Shown here piece after piece: positions 1 to 13,574 of a stretch of DNA of 46,308 nucleotides; within the stretch, counting starts at the first letter, position 1; every line of letters begins with the position of its first letter. The notes beneath the pieces were generated by a model. That model searched no databases and had not been told where the DNA came from. It worked only from the letters and a program-made list of their open reading frames with translations. The translations under genes and the position numbers were made by a program. The stretch is from NCBI RefSeq assembly GCF_001194135.2, contig NC_068981.1, positions 23,801,035-23,847,342 on the forward strand, in the 5' to 3' direction. Source of the stretch: Octopus bimaculoides (taxonomy: Eukaryota).

Positions 1-51
<51 letters not shown>

Positions 52-324
52 TACATATATATGCATGTTTATGTGTAAGCATATGTATTTATAAATATTT
101 ATATATACGCATACATATTTATGTATATATGTAATTACATACATATATATTCATATATATATACATATTTATGTGTGTATATATGTATATATATACATCT
201 ATATATATACATACATATACATATTTATGTGTGTATATATGTATATATATACATCTATATATATACATACATATATTTATATATATACATACATATTCAT
301 GCATATATATACATACATATTTAC

Positions 325-413
<89 letters not shown>

Positions 414-502
414 CATTTATATATACATATATATATATATATACACACGCACTTATACATACGTATGTGTATAAGTGCATGCATATACATACAAGTACAT
501 AC

Positions 503-535
<33 letters not shown>
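1..535. repeat. Degenerate (TA)n/(TACA)n microsatellite
   Basis: Almost pure TA/CA/TG alternation; explains the poly-IY ORFs at 119-589. Confidence 0.97.
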
Positions 536-536
<1 letters not shown>

Positions 537-959
537 TGACCAGGAATTAGTATCGTTATACACATATACATGCACGCACATAGAATCACAGTCGTGTCAC
601 GTGTATTATTAATAAGAACCGTTCAGAAGCATCACAATGTTTATGTAGTAACTGAAACTGAAGATGGTAGATGGGATTCTAATTAACGAAGAGATTTCTT
701 CGCCATTTCCACCTGCACTTTGTCGCCTTCAGTACCTCCTACACAACTACACACCAGTAACAACATCAGCAGTATAAATCAGTGGGCCCCTAACGACCAC
801 CGTCTTTATCGTTATGTTCCGCACCGCCCTTTTCACCACATATCATGACATGAATAACATACATATATTTGGTTTGGTATAACTTTACTTTCACATAGAC
901 ATATCTGGATATCAGATGTTTGTTGCTTCTTGTAATCTTTTAAAAAAACTTTTTTTTTA

Positions 960-1024
960 TAATAATAATAATAATAATAATAAAAATAATAATAATAACA
1001 ATAATAATAATATTATTATTATTG
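960..1024. repeat. (AAT)n microsatellite
   Basis: aataataata... run followed by tattattatt. Confidence 0.9.
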
Positions 1025-2227
1025 CTAAAACTATTTTATACTTTTAAAAAATTCTGTAGCATCTGCAATATTTTTGGAGTTTTATGTTTGTTATTTTGAA
1101 AAACAGCATTGTCACTATACTATGTTTTAACAGAAGAAATTAGCGAAATTCAAGGAGGAGCTGAAAGTGTCGCGTCGTGCAATATGTTAGATTGTTTGTA
1201 AAATAAAGGCGTGATTTAGCTGCCATTAACAACGGGATGCCTATCTGTTTGATATCATAAAATTTGGTATCTACAATATAGNNNNNNNNNNNNNNNNNNN
1301 NNNNNNNNNNNNNNNNNNNNNNNNNNNNNNNNNNNNNNNNNNNNNNNNNNNNNNNNNNNNNNNNNNNNNNNNNNNNNNNNNNNNNNNNNNNNNNNNNNNN
1401 NNNNNNNNNNNNNNNNNNNNNNNNNNNNNNNNNNNNNNNNNNNNNNNNNNNNNNNNNNNNNNNNNNNNNNNNNNNNNNNNNNNNNNNNNNNNNNNNNNNN
1501 NNNNNNNNNNNNNNNNNNNNNNNNNNNNNNNNNNNNNNNNNNNNNNNNNNNNNNNNNNNNNNNNNNNNNNNNNNNNNNNNNNNNNNNNNNNNNNNNNNNN
1601 NNNNNNNNNNNNNNNNNNNNNNNNNNNNNNNNNNNNNNNNNNNNNNNNNNNNNNNNNNNNNNNNNNNNNNNNNNNNNNNNNNNNNNNNNNNNNNNNNNNN
1701 NNNNNNNNNNNNNNNNNNNNNNNNNNNNNNNNNNNNNNNNNNNNNNNNNNNNNNNNNNNNNNNNNNNNNNNNNNNNNNNNNNNNNNNNNNNNNNNNNNNN
1801 NNNNNNNNNNNNNNNNNNNNNNNNNNNNNNNNNNNNNNNNNNNNNNNNNNNNNNNNNNNNNNNNNNNNNNNNNNNNNNNNNNNNNNNNNNNNNNNNNNNN
1901 NNNNNNNNNNNNNNNNNNNNNNNNNNNNNNNNNNNNNNNNNNNNNNNNNNNNNNNNNNNNNNNNNNNNNNNNNNNNNNNNNNNNNNNNNNNNNNNNNNNN
2001 NNNNNNNNNNNNNNNNNNNNNNNNNNNNNNNNNNNNNNNNNNNNNNNNNNNNNNNNNNNNNNNNNNNNNNNNNNNNNNNNNNNNNNNNNNNNNNNNNNNN
2101 NNNNNNNNNNNNNNNNNNNNNNNNNNNNNNNNNNNNNNNNNNNNNNNNNNNNNNNNNNNNNNNNNNNNNNNNNNNNNNNNNNNNNNNNNNNNNNNNNNNN
2201 NNNNNNNNNNNNNNNNNNNNNNNNNNN

Positions 2228-2287
<60 letters not shown>

Positions 2288-2519
2288 TCATTCTGAATAT
2301 GTGTAAATGTGTATAAAATAATATATCAGTTGAATAAAGTTACAATATGGTTTTTACGTTTTCTATTATTGTATTTAAAAGAGTTTTTACAATATTGAAG
2401 CGTGTTAAACATTAAAAAAGACTATTTTGTAATGTTCGTAAAATGCAATTAGTGCTTTCATACGTTCGTAGTAATCATCAGATTTCAAAATGTATTTAAT
2501 TGACATTTCTAGTAACACA

Positions 2520-3093
2520 CAATCCGCATCACCAAACTATTTTTAACATCATCAAAACATATTTGCCAATCATGAAACAAAGTGAAAGATAAAAAAAAGA
2601 ACATAATAACTAATCAAACACTTATCTTAAGCAAAAGGCAACCACATAACCTAAAGAAACTATTAACAAAGATAAAATTCAACATGAATAAACAGGATAA
2701 AACATTCATAGTGTCCAAGTGTATTGATAACAGATGTGGAACGTGTCAATGCATGCAGACTGGTAGATCCATTAGAACAAAAACTGGCCAGATTTTCACA
2801 AATGCAGATATGAACTGCAAAAGCAGAAATTTGATCTACTGCATAAAATTCCCAAATTGTGAGGAACTATGTTGACAAGACAACGAATTCATTATCGGAA
2901 CGCTCATGAGTCCACAGACAACAAATCCGGAACACTAATGTTCGCCAAATTCCATTGAGCGAACATATAGAAACATGTGGTCAGAAAATGTTTCTAGCTT
3001 TTCTTTTCCACTACATGACACAAGTGAGGTTAGGAGAAAGATAAACGAAAAACGGTTTATTAAAATATTCAAACCTGTTCTGAACGGGAATAA
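2520..3093 (+). mobile_element. Penelope-like retroelement, decayed 3' part with GIY-YIG endonuclease
   Basis: Translation gives SKRQPHNLKKLLTK, CIDNRCGTC, MNCKSRNLIYCIKFPNCEE, then broken VHRQQIRN, IPLSEHIETC and EKRFIKIFKPVLNG. This is the Cys-rich linker plus GIY-YIG pattern of Penelope elements; stops and frameshifts present. Confidence 0.85.
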
Positions 3094-3594
3094 CAACAAT
3101 AATATAACAAGTTAATGATGTGGTTTAAAACACATCTTTAACATATGAATATAAACAAATTATAGAAGACTCCCACCGATTAAAATAAAGACGATCGAAA
3201 CCAACTAAGTTTGCTCACCCATAAAACCCTTATATGTAAACCGCAAGTTGATTGGTTAAAATAATGGCGGGATCTATGCCAGTAATATTGATGCGTCCGG
3301 CAAACCGTGATCTTTAAGCTGCATGCTGACTGGTCAATACCGTATTCCAAAAGTTCAGCTTTGAATCTTCTAAAAAATTATAAAATGGAAGAAGTCAGTA
3401 ATTTGACTACAGTTGTCAAGAACTCAACTGTCAGTTACATACATTTTCAAATCTGGTAATGACTACGAACGTATGACAACGCTAATTGAACCTTATAAAC
3501 ATTACACATTTCCTTTCAATGTATATATATACATTAAATGCAAATGCGTAATGTAATACGACCGCTAGATCATTATTTCAATTCCTAAAACAAG

Positions 3595-3790
3595 TGGTAC
3601 ATTATGTTCTTGAGCAAAACACTTGCTCTGACATCACTTCAACACCTGATGTGTGGTACACTGTACACCTGTTCAGACAACATCAATTTCATTGAGTTAG
3701 CTAAAGTGCAGCATGGACATTTGATCATTAGAAACAAATCATTTAAGGTGGTCGTTCGGCAAAAGCTGAACGGTCATACGCCATCGATTA
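3595..3790 (+). mobile_element. Degenerate SINE-like repeat
   Basis: Contains ttgagcaaaacactt, like the ttgagcaagacactt core of the family E SINE at ~40080 (minus); the rest is not assignable. Confidence 0.3.
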
Positions 3791-4139
3791 GATTGATCTA
3801 TTAGATTGATCGTAATTTTAATCAATTTTCTGTTTAGTAAAGGTTATCTAACTTAGTTTTTATTTTTTTTATTTTATGTTTAAGAAGATTATTATGATTA
3901 TTATTTCATAACAAAATGGTTTCGGGTTCTATTTCACAGCACCGTACCGTTTACAAGATAAGCCTCAAGTTGCCCAATAAATGGTAGAGTAAATTTAGTG
4001 AAAGTAAGCTGTAGCCTACGACGATATCGAATAAAAGTATTCGTACTTATTTCTGTCTCTAAATATTGTCCGTAAATTTAAAATCATTATTAATGGCTTT
4101 CTCGCTATTTCTCAAAGACAAATTGCTCTTAAGAATATC

Positions 4140-4330
4140 TTTTTATGTTATACTTGTTTCAGTTACTGGACTGCGGCCTTGTTGGGGCAGAGTTCTGAAG
4201 AGATTAGTTGGAAAACAAATCGGCCCTACTACTTCTTTTTTGCTGAATTGCTGAATTACATGATCTTAGACAAAGCAAGACCTACTGTCAAACGGTGGCG
4301 AGGACAAACACAAACACTCATACACACACG
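4140..4330 (-). mobile_element. SINE family A, degenerate 3' portion
   Basis: cttgtttcagttactggactgcggcc and ggacaaacacaaacac resemble the family A tail at 16620-16830. Confidence 0.6.
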
Positions 4331-4756
4331 CCACACACATACACACACGCCACACACGCACACACACACACACACAAACACACACATATATATATATATA
4401 TATANNNNNNNNNNNNNNNNNNNNNNNNNNNNNNNNNNNNNNNNNNNNNNNNNNNNNNNNNNNNNNNNNNNNNNNNNNNNNNNNNNNNNNNNNNNNNNNN
4501 NNNNNNNNNNNNNNNNNNNNNNNNNNNNNNNNNNNNNNNNNNNNNNNNNNNNNNNNNNNNNNNNNNNNNNNNNNNNNNNNNNNNNNNNNNNNNNNNNNNN
4601 NNNNNNNNNNNNNNNNNNNNNNNNNNNNNNNNNNNNNNNNNNNNNNNNNNNNNNNNNNNNNNNNNNNNNNNNNNNNNNNNNNNNNNNNNNNNNNNNNNNN
4701 NNNNNNNNNNNNNNNNNNNNNNNNNNNNNNNNNNNNNNNNNNNNNNNNNNNNNNNN

Positions 4757-4789
<33 letters not shown>

Positions 4790-5515
4790 TATAATATATG
4801 TATATAATACATATACATATATATAATATATGTATATAATCAAATAAAGTATTACTACCATTATTAAAAATAACTGATAATAAAGTGGTCAGCAAGTTTA
4901 ACCTACATAGATAAAATATACAAATAATTTAGGATAAGAAATACCACTTCCTAGAAATATGAGTTAGCACTCCAAAGGCACAAATTTCTCACTGTTAATT
5001 AACACGCACGTATTACAGGTGGTAGAATGTGAAATTACTAACGAGTAAAACGGAACGTGTTCCGCGGAAGTCTCATATTTTTTTTTTCAATCCTTACATC
5101 GCCACCACCACCACCACTTCTACTCTTGCATCAAAGTGACGGGTGGAAATGTATTTCTCTGTAGATTATACGATTATTACGTACAAAATTATTCTTCCAG
5201 TGTTTGTGAAAACAATTATCTATCACAAGGACACACCCACAGACTCAAACACAAACATATTTAGTGTATTTGTGGTGCGTCTACAGCTTACGAATTTTAG
5301 TTCACTTCGTTTTGTGCGTGCGCGCGTACGTGCGTGTGTGTGTGCGCGTGTGTCTCTATGTGTGTGTGTGTGCGCGTGCGTGTGTGCTTGTGTTTCTGAA
5401 TGTTTAACGTTCTCCTAAAGTACATTATAACATTCAAAACACGCACTGCTTAACATGACAATGATATACATACGTACATACATGTGTGCGTCTGTGTATG
5501 CGTACGTGTGTGTGT

Positions 5516-5563
<48 letters not shown>

Positions 5564-5845
5564 GACGTGGGCGTATGTATAGATATATTAGCTGCATGCA
5601 TATAAACACACACCCACACACACACAAACACACATACACACAGATGCTTACATACATAATATAAGCATAAATCGGTGTGTATATGTTTTCTTTTTTTATG
5701 TGTAAGGGTGTGTATCTGCACGTGTGTGTTCGTGTATATGTTGGTAATAAGTAATAATGTTTACTCTCTAAGCAAATAATTCTTTGGCGAGAAATCATTC
5801 CGCCTAATTTGCTTCAAATCCCTTAATTTGGTTCGGAAAAAAAAA

Positions 5846-5935
5846 TGAGGAATCATTGGAAAGTTTATGCGAACTATTCTTGCTAAAGAATGAGGAATCA
5901 TTGGAAATTTTGTGAGTACTATTCTTGCTAAAGAA
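5846..5935. repeat. 45-bp tandem duplication (2 units)
   Basis: tgaggaatcattggaaagtttatgcgaactattcttgctaaagaa vs tgaggaatcattggaaattttgtgagtactattcttgctaaagaa; 4 mismatches. Confidence 0.9.
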
Positions 5936-6039
5936 TGATGAATTTGTATTCTACAAAAGTATAGAGTAACCTTTCAGATTAATTCAAAAGTTTTCTTTTC
6001 ATAATTGAACATAAAAGGAAATATTTATATATGTATTCT

Positions 6040-6215
6040 TTTAATCTCTTGTTTCAGTCATTAGACTACGACCATGCTAGGGCATCGTCTTCGAGGCTTT
6101 TTAACTGCACAAATAGAGCTCAGTAAATAATTTTTAACTCTGGTACTTATTCTACCGGTCGCTATATTACAGTGACATAAACACACCAACACCGGTTATG
6201 AAACTTGATGGGGGT

Positions 6216-6259
<44 letters not shown>

Positions 6260-6405
6260 TATATATATACGACAGGCTTCTTTCGGTTTCCGTCTAACAG
6301 ATCCCCTCACAAGACTTTGGTCGACTCGAGACTATAGGAGAAGATACTTGCTCAAGCTGCCACGCAGTAGGACTGAACCTGGAACCATGTGGTTGGAAGG
6401 TTGGA
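6040..6405 (-). mobile_element. SINE family A (tRNA-derived), near full-length, diverged
   Basis: Tail cttgtttcagtcattagactacgaccatgct, internal (CA)n/(TA)n, core ggcttctttcggtttccgtcta...actatagg...gactgaacctggaaccatgtggttgg. Confidence 0.85.
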
Positions 6406-6569
6406 GCCTTGAAGTGACCAGTGCTTTGCGAGTGAATTTGGCAGATGAAACTGCGTGGAAGCTCGTTTTATGTATGTGTGTGTGCATGTATGTGTACGTA
6501 TGTGTATGTGTGCGTATGTGTGTATGTGTTTGTATGTGTGTGTACGCGCGCGCGCGTTTGTGCACGTGC

Positions 6570-6765
6570 GTACGCATTTATCTTTGTATCTGTGTTTATT
6601 CCTCTCCCAACCAGTGTTTGTTTATTTATGATCTCGAAACCTAGACGGACACGAAATCCACTCACGTGGCTTTAGTTAGCCCGGGGCTATAGTGGATAAC
6701 ACTTGTTAAATATGCCAAGCAGTGAGACTGAACTCGGAACCATGTGGTTGGAAAGCAAACTTCTT
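6570..6765 (-). mobile_element. SINE family A, partial
   Basis: aatccactcac...cccggggctatagt...gagactgaactcggaaccatgtggttggaaagcaaac. Confidence 0.75.
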
Positions 6766-7268
6766 TGTCCCATTTATGGCTGAATCTTCATACACATCAG
6801 TAGATATTCTTCCACAATCTGAGAGTGTTCAACTAATTAAGAATTTACACACACATAAATAGAAATTATATAATCATTGACGTCGCATACAAGACAGAAA
6901 TTCAGTCATATATGTTGCTAGCCTAAGAAATTTATACCAACAGAAGTAACTTGAAGGCTTTCTATTTCAATTATTTTAATTGTAGCTGCTCTACATAAGT
7001 CCATTGCAGGTCGCCGATATATTGTTGGTACAAGCATATTCTTAATTATCTTGCGGAAATAGAAACACTTTTCCATGCTTTTCTTCAATTATTCTCTCTT
7101 GGTTTGCTAATTTCTCTTCTGCTTCTCGTAGAGTTCTTGTCAGCTACTTTATTCTTAAATAACTAACCCTTAACCCTCGATTGAAATCTGTCTTCAATTT
7201 ATTAATTAACAGTTAGCTCTTAGTATAACTCAAGCTATGCTCTCTCTAGCTCTGTCTTTCCCTTTTCC

Positions 7269-7305
<37 letters not shown>

Positions 7306-7689
7306 CGTGAAATATATTTGCCACTTAAATGCGACTAGACTCTTAGGGTGAATGCTACTGTTGCTTTTAGCCCCAGGAGAACATCTCCTCCAGCTGTCTA
7401 TTGACACACTTTCTGTGCCCTGTCGGTATTTGCAAAGGGAAGTCATCCTTCCCATCGTCGATCCGACGTGATACGCACGGATTCCCCAACAATTTTGGGG
7501 AGGGGCATAATTCATTTTTTTCGACTTGGTACTTATTTTATCAACTCCAAAAGGATGAAGGCATGTACCGTTATCAGACGGGTTGTCATGATGGGCATAT
7601 TTTGCATCATTTTAATGCTGTGCGCTGCTCTTTCACTCAATAATAATAATAATAATAATAATGATGATCCTCGTCGTCATCATCATTAT

Positions 7690-7850
7690 ATTGTTATTAT
7701 ATTGGGTTCAAATTCCACTGAGGTTGGCTCAGCCTTTCAACTTTTCGGTGTCGATAAACCAAGTACCAACTGAGCGCTGGCGGGGGTCACTGTAATCGAC
7801 TCACACCTGCGCCGAAATAACTAGTTTTGTGCCATAATTTGAAACCAATA
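7690..7850 (+). mobile_element. SINE family B, diverged
   Basis: gttcaaattccactgagg...gcctttcaacttttcggtgtcgataaaccaagtacca matches the B core at 29830-29900. Confidence 0.75.
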
Positions 7851-8728
7851 TTGATAACATCATCATCTCTGTGAGCAGCAACATATTTGCAGTGATTCTG
7901 TAACAAGCTGAAACTGCGATAATAGAATGTACAATTGAAAAGCCATAAAAAGACGTGTAAAATAAAAATAAAAAGAAAGTTATCACTTTAGAATTGAAAT
8001 TACTTTAAGCCCCATAAACTGTTCCTTTCAAAATGTATAAGTATTACAACACTCATTTCTTTGCTCATAGACTCACATAGCGTGTTTTATTTAGTATATT
8101 GTATCTTTACTGATTTTTTTCCCCCTTTTCACAATTATGGTCGAAGTAATGAATAGATAAAGCAGTTAGATATTAAATATCATTCTATACAAATTGATTC
8201 TTTCGCCGAATGTTTCAAGGCGGGGGCGTTCCTAACTCCGCAGTTTTACTTTTCAATATTTTGAAATAACAATCTAAGAAATCAATATTAAAATGTTAAT
8301 AATCAATATTTGAAATAACTGTTTTCTTTCTTTCGATTTCGGCAATGTAATAATATTCTTTTTCACACATTTTTTTTTCATTATGCTGTATTAACACCAT
8401 CTATTTTGTGAATTTATTATGTATTTTGTATATTAATTTATCGATATAGTTTATGTATTTATATATTTACTTTTGGTCTATTTAATTATTTTCGTACTTA
8501 TTTATCTATCGACGTATTTTCGTACTTTTTGTATATTTATATATTCTGTCTATTCATAATCGTTTTTTTTTTCTTGCACATTTATATTTCTTTGTTATTC
8601 TGTATCATGTATCTATTTTTTTTTTTTTGTGCTTATGTATAAATTTTCTGAATTTATTTATCTACACGATATGCGTATTGTTATACTTATGTATTTAATG
8701 TGTGTATTTACGATGATATGTATATAGT

Positions 8729-8772
<44 letters not shown>

Positions 8773-10739
8773 NNNNNNNNNNNNNNNNNNNNNNNNNNNN
8801 NNNNNNNNNNNNNNNNNNNNNNNNNNNNNNNNNNNNNNNNNNNNNNNNNNNNNNNNNNNNNNNNNNNNNNNNNNNNNNNNNNNNNNNNNNNNNNNNNNNN
8901 NNNNNNNNNNNNNNNNNNNNNNNNNNNNNNNNNNNNNNNNNNNNNNNNNNNNNNNNNNNNNNNNNNNNNNNNNNNNNNNNNNNNNNNNNNNNNNNNNNNN
9001 NNNNNNNNNNNNNNNNNNNNNNNNNNNNNNNNNNNNNNNNNNNNNNNNNNNNNNNNNNNNNNNNNNNNNNNNNNNNNNNNNNNNNNNNNNNNNNNNNNNN
9101 NNNNNNNNNNNNNNNNNNNNNNNNNNNNNNNNNNNNNNNNNNNNNNNNNNNNNNNNNNNNNNNNNNNNNNNNNNNNNNNNNNNNNNNNNNNNNNNNNNNN
9201 NNNNNNNNNNNNNNNNNNNNNNNNNNNNNNNNNNNNNNNNNNNNNNNNNNNNNNNNNNNNNNNNNNNNNNNNNNNNNNNNNNNNNNNNNNNNNNNNNNNN
9301 NNNNNNNNNNNNNNNNNNNNNNNNNNNNNNNNNNNNNNNNNNNNNNNNNNNNNNNNNNNNNNNNNNNNNNNNNNNNNNNNNNNNNNNNNNNNNNNNNNNN
9401 NNNNNNNNNNNNNNNNNNNNNNNNNNNNNNNNNNNNNNNNNNNNNNNNNNNNNNNNNNNNNNNNNNNTATATATATATATATATATGATTATTTATATAT
9501 AACATATATATATGTATGTATGTATGTATCTGACTGTACATAGATAGATATTCTTAGGTGGTGGATGAGACGAAATAGCTTTTTCAATCATTCAAACAAC
9601 TTTCTTTTATACGCTAGTAAATTGTTTAGTTAAATCTGATTAGTTAGAATGTCCTAGTTTTCTTTCATAAATTTACCAACTCTTAGTATGACAATATTCA
9701 TTTTTTTGGTGTTGGTGTATTATGTATTTTAGGAATCTTTCGGATACACGCTTTAAATAAAATGCTTCTTCGTCAAATATGCTCGGTAATACAATCTCAG
9801 TCAATGAACTGCATGACACGAAAGACGTTATTTGTGGTGATCAATATATCTCAGAAAAGCATGAATACCTCACATGTTCGATAATTGAAATTATCAACAA
9901 AGACAACAGTCACAACTATGAATTAGACGCGTGCAGAAATTGCCGACTGGTGACAAGATATGAAGCTCCGAGCAACTTATCTAACGTTCAGTACTTTACC
10001 TACTCAAAAACTTGCGTTTCCTCTATAGGATTTTACATAAAGAATTCATGAGGATAAATTGCTCGGTTCCAAACTCCTGTAACTGCTATGATCAAAGGCA
10101 TTCTTTCATAACGTTCGGAATGTTTTTCAGGCATAGTGTACCTCAGATACCATTTTTAGTAGTTCTCTTTTAAATTGTAGAGATTAAATTGGGAGAAATT
10201 TCACTGTCATTCTTAGCAAAGCGCTTGATCAGGTTCTTTTTTAAACTCATAGTGCAAAGACTACTCGGAGTAGCAGATGTAGGATTTTTTACCTGATCAG
10301 AGCAAAGAACTAACGCCCTATCTAAGAGTGGATGGATTTAAACCCCACCCTGTCCGCCATCCCTTTAGTATTTGGAAAAACTAGAAATGAGTTGCGGACT
10401 TGTGTATTCTTGTGATTTAAAAAGAAATACATTTTTTCAATCATATACTGTGTTAGTGAACGAATAAAAGTCACCTGGAAGTTAAGCGCCACGTTTTTCT
10501 GCATCTCAAATGCTAGGTCACTTTTAAGTTTATCTCAACAGATCTTCTATAGAATTTTCGTATACAAATACGATATGTGAACAATCTGATCGGAGAAAGA
10601 AAAATATGTAAAGGGTGCATAAGCATATTTCAGAAGTTTATTACTCCTTCTTATTGCACTTTCAGGAGTTACTGTTCCTTCAGGAGTGATAACTCCTGGA
10701 ACATGCATATGCCTCCATTACCTAGTTTTCTATCTTCGA

Positions 10740-10795
10740 TCACATTGCTGACGTAGACGTATTCGGATACGAAACGTCGTAACTGGTTCTAGATT
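10740..10795 (-). CDS. Candidate terminal coding exon (xSRTSYDVSYPNTSTSAM*), unknown gene
   Basis: Minus-strand acceptor atttttttatag|AATCTAGA; open only to TGA at 10742-10740 in phase 1; AATAAA at 10642-10637 followed by a T-rich tract; unique-looking sequence. No homology recognised. Confidence 0.3.
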
Positions 10796-11400
10796 CTATA
10801 AAAAAATATCTGTAGAGATAAACTTAAAACTGAATTTACCGTAACTGCTAACGCAAAAGTAGGATACAATATAAACTTATAAATCTTTAATATACTTGCT
10901 AGTATATTATAATTGCAACACGAAATACGGTGATCCTACCAACATATTAAAAGCTAAAATCATCTCTGAAATGCAAAAACATATTTCAGCTGCTCACATA
11001 CGAAACACAATTATGTTCAGTATTTGACTTATTCATTAGAATATCCACACCATTAACAGAAAAATTTGATCAGTCATTACGAAAACCATACAAAAGTTCA
11101 TTTTGCATCAAAGCCATTAGTATTCACAACAAAAGAGAAAAGAAAGAATAAAGTGTTTGGTGAGTAACCTTTTTAAGATCATAGAGAATGGTTTGGAGAA
11201 AATTTGGATGTTAATATTAGTTGGTTTCTGTTGTGTCGACGCCCCCAGGTGAAGAAGTAGGATCTCCCAGCTACTTCTAGATTCCCTCCTGTCTCGTGAA
11301 AGAATTGTGGTCTACAGCGTTGACTCGTGTCTAACAATACTCACAATGGTCCTGTGCACAAAGATTTCTGCATGCAATACCTGCAAATCTTCATTTCTTC

Positions 11401-11436
<36 letters not shown>

Positions 11437-12013
11437 NNNNNNNNNNNNNNNNNNNNNNNNNNNNNNNNNNNNNNNNNNNNNNNNNNNNNNNNNNNNNNNN
11501 NNNNNNNNNNNNNNNNNNNNNNNNNNNNNNNNNNNNNNNNNNNNNNNNNNNNNNNNNNNNNNNNNNNNNNNNNNNNNNNNNNNNNNNNNNNNNNNNNNNN
11601 NNNNNNNNNNNNNNNNNNNNNNNNNNNNNNATATATATATATTACACACATTAACACTTACACGGTGCAAAAAAAAGTTTTATGATATTCTGTGAGTAAT
11701 AGAACACGACTTTAAAACAATCAGACATCTTTGGAACTCAGTTATATGATTTAGTACAGAACACCTAGATGTGTTAATATTCAAATGCTAAAACTAAGCG
11801 ATTTTGATGGTGTCAACATTTTTATTTTTGAGCTAACGCCCGCACTGGGCAATCAGTACATGTCAATAGCAAACGATATTCATCTCATGCTGGTTAGAAT
11901 TAATTGGTAGCAACCAAATATTTCAAATTGCAACTTCATGCAGTGACTAAGAGCAGGCAGAGACGAGAAAATAGGGAATTAATGTGTACCTATGATATAT
12001 GTGTGTATGAGTA

Positions 12014-12107
<94 letters not shown>

Positions 12108-12470
12108 AGTGTGTGTATGTGTATAACGGGTCTGTTTAAATTCATATGAACTATACACACTCCCACGCATGTGTGTGTTCAAATCTAATTCTACACGTAC
12201 ATTCTCTTCCATGAATTTCAGGTATCTGATGATCGGGAGTGAAACTTTTAAGTATATAAATACAAATCGCTTATTGGCGGGAACTGCTTGGCATGTAAGA
12301 ATGTATACAAAAAATCTAGAAAGGTTTACAAAAAATATAAAAAAGAAAAAACTTATCGGTAAATATATGTCTTCACACATGAACTCATATGAAGCACTAT
12401 GTGTTCAGGCAGACTGGGTTTTTTTCTGTAGAAGAGCCCCTGTCATAAATTTGGGGGAATTTCTTTAATA

Positions 12471-12721
12471 GGCGCAGGCGCGGCTGTGTAGCTATGAAAC
12501 TCTCTCTGCTACTATGTAGTTTGAGGTTCAGTCCCACTGCATGGTGTCTTATGCAAGTGTCTCTATAGCTCCGGGTTGAACAATGCCATGTATCTGAGTT
12601 TGGTAGACAGAAACTGTAGAAGTGCGTCCTGCATATGTATGTATGCCTTCTACAATAACCTCGGGCTGACCAAAGACTTTTAAGTAAATTTGGTACTCGG
12701 AAACTAAAAGAAGCCCGTTGT

Positions 12722-12730
<9 letters not shown>
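12471..12730 (+). mobile_element. Two adjacent SINE family A 5'/core fragments
   Basis: ggcgcaggcgcggctgtgt...gttcagtcccactgc head, then a second tacaataacctcgggctgaccaaag...ggaaactaaaagaagcccg core. Confidence 0.75.
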
Positions 12731-12757
<27 letters not shown>

Positions 12758-12799
12758 GTGGTTTGATCAGTAAGTATCAGGACCGTTACCATAGTAATG

Positions 12800-13310
12800 A
12801 AGCTTAAGCACGCAGAGTGAAGCCGCTTGGCACAAATTCACCTTGAACACCTCTGTGCAGAGGCACTAAAATTTAACGCTCTAGCTCACTTCCGCTGTTT
12901 ACAGCAGTGCTTGGAAGGAAGGGGTGTAGCGTGTGATCGTCTCACTGACCATGAATATGTATGAAATTTTGCCAAAAGCTTGCTCAGAGGCCTCCACAAA
13001 GTTGCAGAAACTGTAAGGAAAGGAGTGTGTCAGCCCCAAAAATGCCAATAATGACGAATGTTCTGGGAGACCTGCAACCAACAGAACTGAGAAAAACAAT
13101 CGCAGATGTGCGTGTATCTGTGAGGGAAAATCTTCGAATCACTAACCGTGAGTTATCAGAGGATATGCATATTAGTTACGGTTCAGTTCAGTCCATTATT
13201 ACTGAAGATCTGGGTATGAGACGAGTGTCTACCAAGATTGTAACCAAACGGCTTTAAAGTGATAACGCAGCAGTCCATTCAGCGCAGCTTGTGCCCTAGT
13301 TTTTGGCTAG
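12800..13310 (+). mobile_element. Mariner-like transposase remnant, internally deleted
   Basis: ORF 12961-13257 has VRENLRITNRELSEDMHISYGSVQSIITEDLGMRRVSTKIV (mariner HTH/linker), directly followed by DNAAVHSA (catalytic-domain DNA-x-x-H motif). Confidence 0.8.
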
Positions 13311-13342
13311 GCACGTGTATATATGCACATATATATACATAC

Positions 13343-13382
<40 letters not shown>

Positions 13383-13574
13383 ACATATATATACATGTAT
13401 ACATATGTACTTATATACACACACATATATATACTTATATATATACACAAAATTGCTTGTACATTCACAAAAAAAGTTATAGAAAAGAACGAAAGCGCTA
13501 ATTATAACTAAGAAATAAGAGGATTATTTTCCAAAATTCTGACGACTTTTTTTTCTCAATATTCAATTCTGTAC

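Noticed and set aside
1134-1207. Possible plus-strand terminal exon (ttttaacag|AAGAAATTAGCG..., stop, AATAAA at 1202)
   Set aside because: Two short frames fit equally, no upstream exon or homology; such signals are common in AT-rich DNA.
7040-7150. Minus peptide LTRTLREAEEKLANQERIIEEKHGK, coiled-coil-like
   Set aside because: Weak splice sites; arises from a pyrimidine-rich low-complexity tract.
9779-10051. 90-aa plus-strand ORF in unique sequence
   Set aside because: No recognisable domain, start context or splice support; length is within chance.
12226-12254. Hammerhead-like core CTGATGA-TCGGGAGT-GAAAC...GTA
   Set aside because: Helix II would close with U.U instead of a purine-pyrimidine pair, and helix I is out of register.
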